Source of the DNA: a virus
Direction: 5' to 3' (one strand)
Virus record (IMG/VR): IMGVR_UViG_3300020711_000298
Location: 36,981 to 100,980 of that record
DNA: 64,000 nucleotides
Made by a program: the position numbers and the translations under genes. Numbering within the stretch: position 1 is the stretch's first letter; each line of letters opens with the position of its first letter. Below the pieces are notes generated by a model that was not told the DNA's origin, searched no databases, and worked only from the letters and a program-made list of their open reading frames with translations. This document shows positions 59,506-64,000 of the stretch, piece after piece.

Positions 59506-59512
59506 TGTACCA

Positions 59513-59674
59513 ATGACTGCTTTAGAGTTTTTTTTATCTATGCCTGATAATTTAATATTAGATGTAATTAAATATGATCCTGAAGGTACAAAAATGATGT
59601 GTTTAGCTTTAAGTTTAGAATTAAATGGTATTATTTCTAAAAAAGAAAACTCTGAAATATTTTTGGAAAACTAA
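59513..59674 (+). CDS. hypothetical protein
   Basis: ATG 59513 in frame with the track ORF 59420..59674. Confidence 0.45.
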   Translation: MTALEFFLSMPDNLILDVIKYDPEGTKMMCLALSLELNGIISKKENSEIFLEN

Positions 59675-59693
59675 AAAATGTTTTTTACCTTTA
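59662..59693 (+). promoter_or_regulatory. Bacteroidota-type promoter (TTTG-N20-TACCTTTA)
   Basis: Consensus match. Confidence 0.6.
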
Positions 59694-59709
59694 GTTGTAA
59701 TTTAAGGTT

Positions 59710-60048
59710 ATGAAATATAGATATGAACATTATTTACCTCCAACATTTCATATTAGTAATATAACTGGAAAGAAATTTATAGTTCCAAGTTGGATACCTG
59801 TTCATCTTGAAGCAACATTAGATGATATAGAATGGATTAAACCAGACTATGATGGGGTTAAAAAGACTATAAATGAAAATATAAAAGAAGAGAATTGGAG
59901 ATTTGAATCCTCAAGTGAACCAGGAACATTTTATACTGTGGTAAAAAAAGGAGATGAAATAAAATGTAATTGTGCCGGGGTGAGAAGATCAAAAACAGGT
60001 GAATGTAAACATATGAAAGAAGTAAAAAATCTTTTAAAATCTAAATAA
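59710..60048 (+). CDS. SWIM zinc-finger protein
   Basis: YTV..CNC..CKH. Confidence 0.7.
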   Translation: MKYRYEHYLPPTFHISNITGKKFIVPSWIPVHLEATLDDIEWIKPDYDGVKKTINENIKEENWRFESSSEPGTFYTVVKKGDEIKCNCAGVRRSKTGECKHMKEVKNLLKSK

Positions 60049-60051
60049 TAT

Positions 60052-60312
60052 ATGAGAGGAAGACCACCAGTAGTTGAAGATAATATTCGTCCAAACAAAT
60101 TTGAGGTGCATTATGAAAATAATGATTCAACTGAAGTATGGAAATATGATTTAAAAAAAAGTACTGGCCCTATTGAAATAATAATTGAGTATAAAAAAGA
60201 TATAATTAAAGGTTGGGATTCAAAATTAAAAGAAGCTAAAATACAAAAAAGAATAGATAAACAAATGAAACAAATTCAATCTAAATCAAAGAAAAATGTC
60301 CGCAACAAGTAA
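60052..60312 (+). CDS. hypothetical protein
   Basis: 86-aa ORF. Confidence 0.5.
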   Translation: MRGRPPVVEDNIRPNKFEVHYENNDSTEVWKYDLKKSTGPIEIIIEYKKDIIKGWDSKLKEAKIQKRIDKQMKQIQSKSKKNVRNK

Positions 60313-60520
60313 ACATTATGGTGATGTAGGTATATGGATTGAAAAGATTATTGAATCTTGTAAAACTATAGAACAAGCAAATAATTGTTATACATTAGTC
60401 CATTCATTTTATAAAAAATATCATCAACATAGTGTATATAAGCATTTGTATTTTTTAATAGAAAATAAATATAACGCTTTATTACATCAAAAGTATCATA
60501 CACATACATCTTATAAATAA
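60296..60520 (+). CDS. hypothetical protein
   Basis: 74-aa ORF. Confidence 0.5.
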   Translation: MSATSKHYGDVGIWIEKIIESCKTIEQANNCYTLVHSFYKKYHQHSVYKHLYFLIENKYNALLHQKYHTHTSYK

Positions 60521-60522
60521 AT

Positions 60523-61302
60523 ATGAAAACAATAATATTAGGAGACATGGATACAAATGGAAATATAAATAAACGCAGTATAGTGATTGGTGACATTCAC
60601 GGTAGAGATGTTTGGAAAAAAATAATTGAACACGAAAATCCAAATAGAGTAATCTTTATAGGAGACTATTTTGATTCATTCGATATTCCCGGAGTAGACC
60701 AAATTCATAATTTTAAAGAAATTATTGAATATAAACAAAATACAAAAACAGAAGTAATAATGTTAATTGGTAATCATGATTATCATTATTTCCCAGAAAT
60801 TGGGGATTGTGGAACTAGTGGTTATCAAAGAGGTATTGCTCCAAATATTATTCAAGTAATAGATGAAAATAGACATCATCTTCAAATGGCTTACAATTTT
60901 GGGGATTTTGTATTTACTCATGCTGGTGTTAGTGAACAGTTCATGGATCAAACGTTTGGTAAAACAAATTGGAATGTAGAATCAATGGTGGTTGATTTAA
61001 ACGAAATGTTTAAATATAAACCCTTAGCATTCATGTTTAATGGATTTAACGCGTATGGAGATGATCTATGGCAAACACCCATTTGGATTAGACCAAAGTC
61101 ATTAATGGAAGTAAACCGTGATTATTTAAGAAAAGAAATAATCCAAGTTGTTGGACACACCTCAATGAAACAAATAGATATTGAAGGTAAAGCAACAGGT
61201 GATAGATATTATTTTATAGATTGTTTGGGTACCTCAGGAGAATATCTTATCATTACGGACGGAGAAGTAACTGTTAACTCATATAAAAATTATGGAAAAT
61301 AA
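60523..61302 (+). CDS. calcineurin-like metallophosphoesterase
   Basis: GDIHG, GDYFD, GNHD, THAG, VGHT. Confidence 0.9.
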   Translation: MKTIILGDMDTNGNINKRSIVIGDIHGRDVWKKIIEHENPNRVIFIGDYFDSFDIPGVDQIHNFKEIIEYKQNTKTEVIMLIGNHDYHYFPEIGDCGTSGYQRGIAPNIIQVIDENRHHLQMAYNFGDFVFTHAGVSEQFMDQTFGKTNWNVESMVVDLNEMFKYKPLAFMFNGFNAYGDDLWQTPIWIRPKSLMEVNRDYLRKEIIQVVGHTSMKQIDIEGKATGDRYYFIDCLGTSGEYLIITDGEVTVNSYKNYGK

Positions 61303-61498
61303 AGATTATATTTTACGTAGAGATCATTTATTAAAAATAATGCATAAGCAAAATATTTTAATAAGTAAAGAAATAGAAGATACAACAACTAAAGTATACT
61401 CTAAAAGAGGTAGAAAACCTGCTCCATCAAAACGAATTGAATCTAAAGTTAATACTAAAACATATTCTCCAAAAAGATTTAAAAATAAATTTGGCTAA
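61292..61498 (+). CDS. hypothetical basic protein
   Basis: 68-aa ORF with KRGRKP. Confidence 0.45.
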   Translation: MENKDYILRRDHLLKIMHKQNILISKEIEDTTTKVYSKRGRKPAPSKRIESKVNTKTYSPKRFKNKFG

Positions 61499-61521
61499 AT
61501 AAAATCGTTATTTTATCTTTA
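61490..61521 (+). promoter_or_regulatory. Bacteroidota-type promoter (TTTG-N20-TATCTTTA)
   Basis: Exact consensus. Confidence 0.65.
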
Positions 61522-61535
61522 TAAAAATAAAAGTT

Positions 61536-61739
61536 ATGACACCTAGAGAAAGTATAACAAAAAAATTAAATACAGAATCTAAATTTGGATTTTTAGGTGA
61601 TGAAATTCAATATATAATTAAAGATTGGGTATCAATGCATTCTCAACATCAAACTAAAGTTGAGATTCATTTTGACCCAACTAATGGTATATGGGCTGAT
61701 GTTGAGTTAAATAAAGAATCAATATTTAGATATTTTTAA
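61536..61739 (+). CDS. hypothetical protein
   Basis: 67-aa ORF. Confidence 0.5.
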   Translation: MTPRESITKKLNTESKFGFLGDEIQYIIKDWVSMHSQHQTKVEIHFDPTNGIWADVELNKESIFRYF

Positions 61740-61782
61740 TATAAAAATTAAAATATAATATACTATACTTTAAAGATTAATA

Positions 61783-62223
61783 ATGGAACTAATCACAACA
61801 TACATCTGTAAGAAATCAGACATAGGGGTACACGATAACATGTTTGGAGGCACAATGATGTCCTTAATAGACGATGCCTCTGCCTCCTATGCAATGCAAA
61901 TCTGCGACACGCCAAGGGTGGTTACACTCAAGATAGACGAGTTGCTATTTAAAAAGCCTGTTAAAGTAAACAACCTAATCAAGATATACGGTGAGGTAAC
62001 TGAATTTGGAAATACATCAGTTACTTTGTATATTGAGGTAAGAAAACATAATGTTTATACTGGTGCCCAAGATATCGTAACACAAACTCATATCAAGTTT
62101 GTTCGAATAGACGAAGACGGTAATCCGTTACCTATAGAAGAAACTATAAAAACCAGGTATAAAGAACGTGTTGAAAAGTACGGAAAAGGATTGTTGAGCT
62201 TAGAAGAAAAGAAAGCAAAATGA
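61783..62223 (+). CDS. hotdog-fold acyl-CoA thioesterase (YciA-like)
   Basis: NMFGGTMMSLIDDA, VVTLKID..FKKPV, GNTSV, FVRID. Confidence 0.85.
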   Translation: MELITTYICKKSDIGVHDNMFGGTMMSLIDDASASYAMQICDTPRVVTLKIDELLFKKPVKVNNLIKIYGEVTEFGNTSVTLYIEVRKHNVYTGAQDIVTQTHIKFVRIDEDGNPLPIEETIKTRYKERVEKYGKGLLSLEEKKAK

Positions 62224-62387
62224 ATAACGAATTGTTAAAGCTTAAAATAAAAAGAAATGAAGAATGGAGTCTTAAACACAATAAGGACGCATCATTTCAG
62301 GATAACGTAATTGTAGACGGGCATATCTTTCTTCATGTTATTAAAGAGGGTAAATACGTTGGTTTATATAAACATAGGAAAATATGA
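62220..62387 (+). CDS. small hypothetical protein (55 aa, not in ORF track)
   Basis: MNNELLKLK...LYKHRKI, overlaps both neighbours by ATGA. Confidence 0.5.
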   Translation: MNNELLKLKIKRNEEWSLKHNKDASFQDNVIVDGHIFLHVIKEGKYVGLYKHRKI

Positions 62388-62965
62388 ATAAAGAACAAGC
62401 ACTGGCTAAGGTATTTTATGTTAAGTCCACAGGAATATTTTATAAAGATATAATGAAATATACAGGAAAATCAGCAATTGATAATATATTTTTTCACATT
62501 TATTTAAAAATAAATTACACTAATAAAGCCAAATGTATAAATTTATTAGAATATTTAATAGAAAAATACCCAGATGCTCCTGGTTCTTCACATAACCATC
62601 AAGCATATGCGGGTGGTTATTATAATCATATTAGTGATATTTTAGATTATGCTGAATTTCTATATGAATCTTTGTCTAAACGAAAAAAACTAGATTTTAC
62701 TTTATCCGATGCTATGTTGGTTTTATTTTTACATGACATAGAAAAACCAGTCAAGTATTGTGATTCTACTATTGAAACAGATTCTCAAATTAGGGAAAGA
62801 TTAATTAAAGAGTTTGATTTTACATTAAATGAAGAACATATTGAAGCTTTAAAATACATTCATGGTGAGGGTGAAGATTATAGAAAAGATAAAAGAATTA
62901 TGTCTCCATTATGTGCTTTTTGTCATTGTTGCGATATAATAAGTGCAAGAATATTTTTTGAATAA
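62384..62965 (+). CDS. HD-domain phosphohydrolase
   Basis: HQAYAGGYYNH, LHDIEK, IHG, CD. Confidence 0.75.
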   Translation: MNKEQALAKVFYVKSTGIFYKDIMKYTGKSAIDNIFFHIYLKINYTNKAKCINLLEYLIEKYPDAPGSSHNHQAYAGGYYNHISDILDYAEFLYESLSKRKKLDFTLSDAMLVLFLHDIEKPVKYCDSTIETDSQIRERLIKEFDFTLNEEHIEALKYIHGEGEDYRKDKRIMSPLCAFCHCCDIISARIFFE

Positions 62966-62995
62966 ACAATAATAAAGATACATACATAACGATTT

Positions 62996-64000
62996 ATGAA
63001 TAAATTAGATAAACAATACCAAGAGTTACTTCAAGACATCTTAGATAAAGGAGTTAAAAAAACTGATCGCACAGGAACTGGTACGATATCAGTTTTTGGA
63101 AGACAAATTCGTCACAAAATGAGTGATGGTTTTCCTTTACTTACAACAAAGAAAATGTACTTTAAAGGCATTGTAACTGAACTATTGTGGTTTTTAAAAG
63201 GTGATACAAATATTAGATACCTTGTGGATAATGGCTGTCATATTTGGGTAGGTGATTCCTTTTCTAATTATCTAAAATATCCATTACCTACTATTCAAAA
63301 TGAAGATACTAATATACTATATAAAAATATGGGTAAAGGATGGTGCATACAGATAGGATTTGCTCTAATATCACCACATCCTGTTAGGCATTTAACACAA
63401 GAAGAATTCATTGAAAAAATCAAAACCGATTATGATTTTGCTAAGAAGTGGGGTGAATTAGGACCTGTTTATGGTGCTCAATGGAGAAAATGGAAATCTG
63501 GTCGTGGCGAAGGTCATATGGGTAATCCCGATTATGACATTTATGTTGATCAAATCCAAAATCTTATTAATGACCTTAAAACAAATCCAGATTCAAGAAG
63601 ATTAATGGTTAATGCTTGGAATGTTGGAGAATTAGACCAAATGGTTCTTCCACCTTGTCATTACGGATTTCAAGTTTATACAAGAGAGTTGAGTTTCGAA
63701 GAACGATACGAAATTCCTATAAAATACATAACTGAAGATAAATTACATCTGTTATTTAAACGTGCAACTAATGAAAATCTAGATGAATTAGGTGTTCCTA
63801 AACGAGCAATCTCTTTAATGTGGAATCAACGTTCAGTAGATACATTCTTAGGTTTACCGTTCAACATAGCTTCATACGGTTTGTTACTTGAGATCATTGC
63901 TAAAATGGTTAACATGGTTCCTGATGAATTGATTGGAAACTTGGGTGATACTCATCTTTATTCGAATCACATTGAACAAGCGAAAGAACAAATTGGTAAA
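62996..64000 (+). CDS. thyA: thymidylate synthase (3' truncated by window edge)
   Basis: DRTGTGT, FPLLTTKK, ELLWFLKG, GPVYGAQWR, LPPCH, QRSVDTFLGLPFNIASY read from ATG 62996. Confidence 0.95.
   Translation, partial: MNKLDKQYQELLQDILDKGVKKTDRTGTGTISVFGRQIRHKMSDGFPLLTTKKMYFKGIVTELLWFLKGDTNIRYLVDNGCHIWVGDSFSNYLKYPLPTIQNEDTNILYKNMGKGWCIQIGFALISPHPVRHLTQEEFIEKIKTDYDFAKKWGELGPVYGAQWRKWKSGRGEGHMGNPDYDIYVDQIQNLINDLKTNPDSRRLMVNAWNVGELDQMVLPPCHYGFQVYTRELSFEERYEIPIKYITEDKLHLLFKRATNENLDELGVPKRAISLMWNQRSVDTFLGLPFNIASYGLLLEIIAKMVNMVPDELIGNLGDTHLYSNHIEQAKEQIGK

Noticed and set aside
5057-60951. Minus-strand ORFs in the track (e.g. 13710, 33659, 35465, 36605, 42937)
   Set aside because: All lie antisense to well-supported + strand genes and have no motifs; treated as shadow ORFs
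1-64000. tRNA, tmRNA or other structured RNA genes; alternative genetic code
   Set aside because: Intergenic gaps are short and AT-rich with no cloverleaf seen by eye; genes are intact in the standard code

Overview
A 64-kb, AT-rich, gene-dense segment of a large lytic tailed phage (myovirus-like), with all credible genes on the + strand in the standard code. The host is probably Bacteroidota, based on a T9SS C-terminal sorting domain, repeated TTTG-N20-TAnnTTTA promoters and A/T-rich leaders without Shine-Dalgarno sites. Gene order: end of tape measure and baseplate genes; replication/recombination genes (PolA-like, SSB, RecA, 5'-3' exonuclease, DnaB-like helicase, class II RNR); a six-gene secreted/outer-membrane operon (cohesin/dockerin-like T9SS protein, two CsgG-like proteins, a putative beta-barrel, a PA14-dockerin-like protein); lysis region; a 7-deazaguanine cluster (DpdA-like, QueC, QueD, QueE, FolE) with SmpB; a family-B polymerase split into two genes; clamp, clamp loader, GroES/EL; a PRPS-like + NAMPT-like NAD island; RNA ligase; a glycosylation locus; small accessory genes; and a truncated thyA. 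The best candidates for something new are the cell-surface cohesin-dockerin/CsgG module, the polymerase split by a decayed NUMOD1 homing endonuclease (with two more scars of that family), an Ntn hydrolase behind a Glu-ending leader, and a QueC lacking all zinc cysteines. All calls come from motif recognition by eye; no searches were run.
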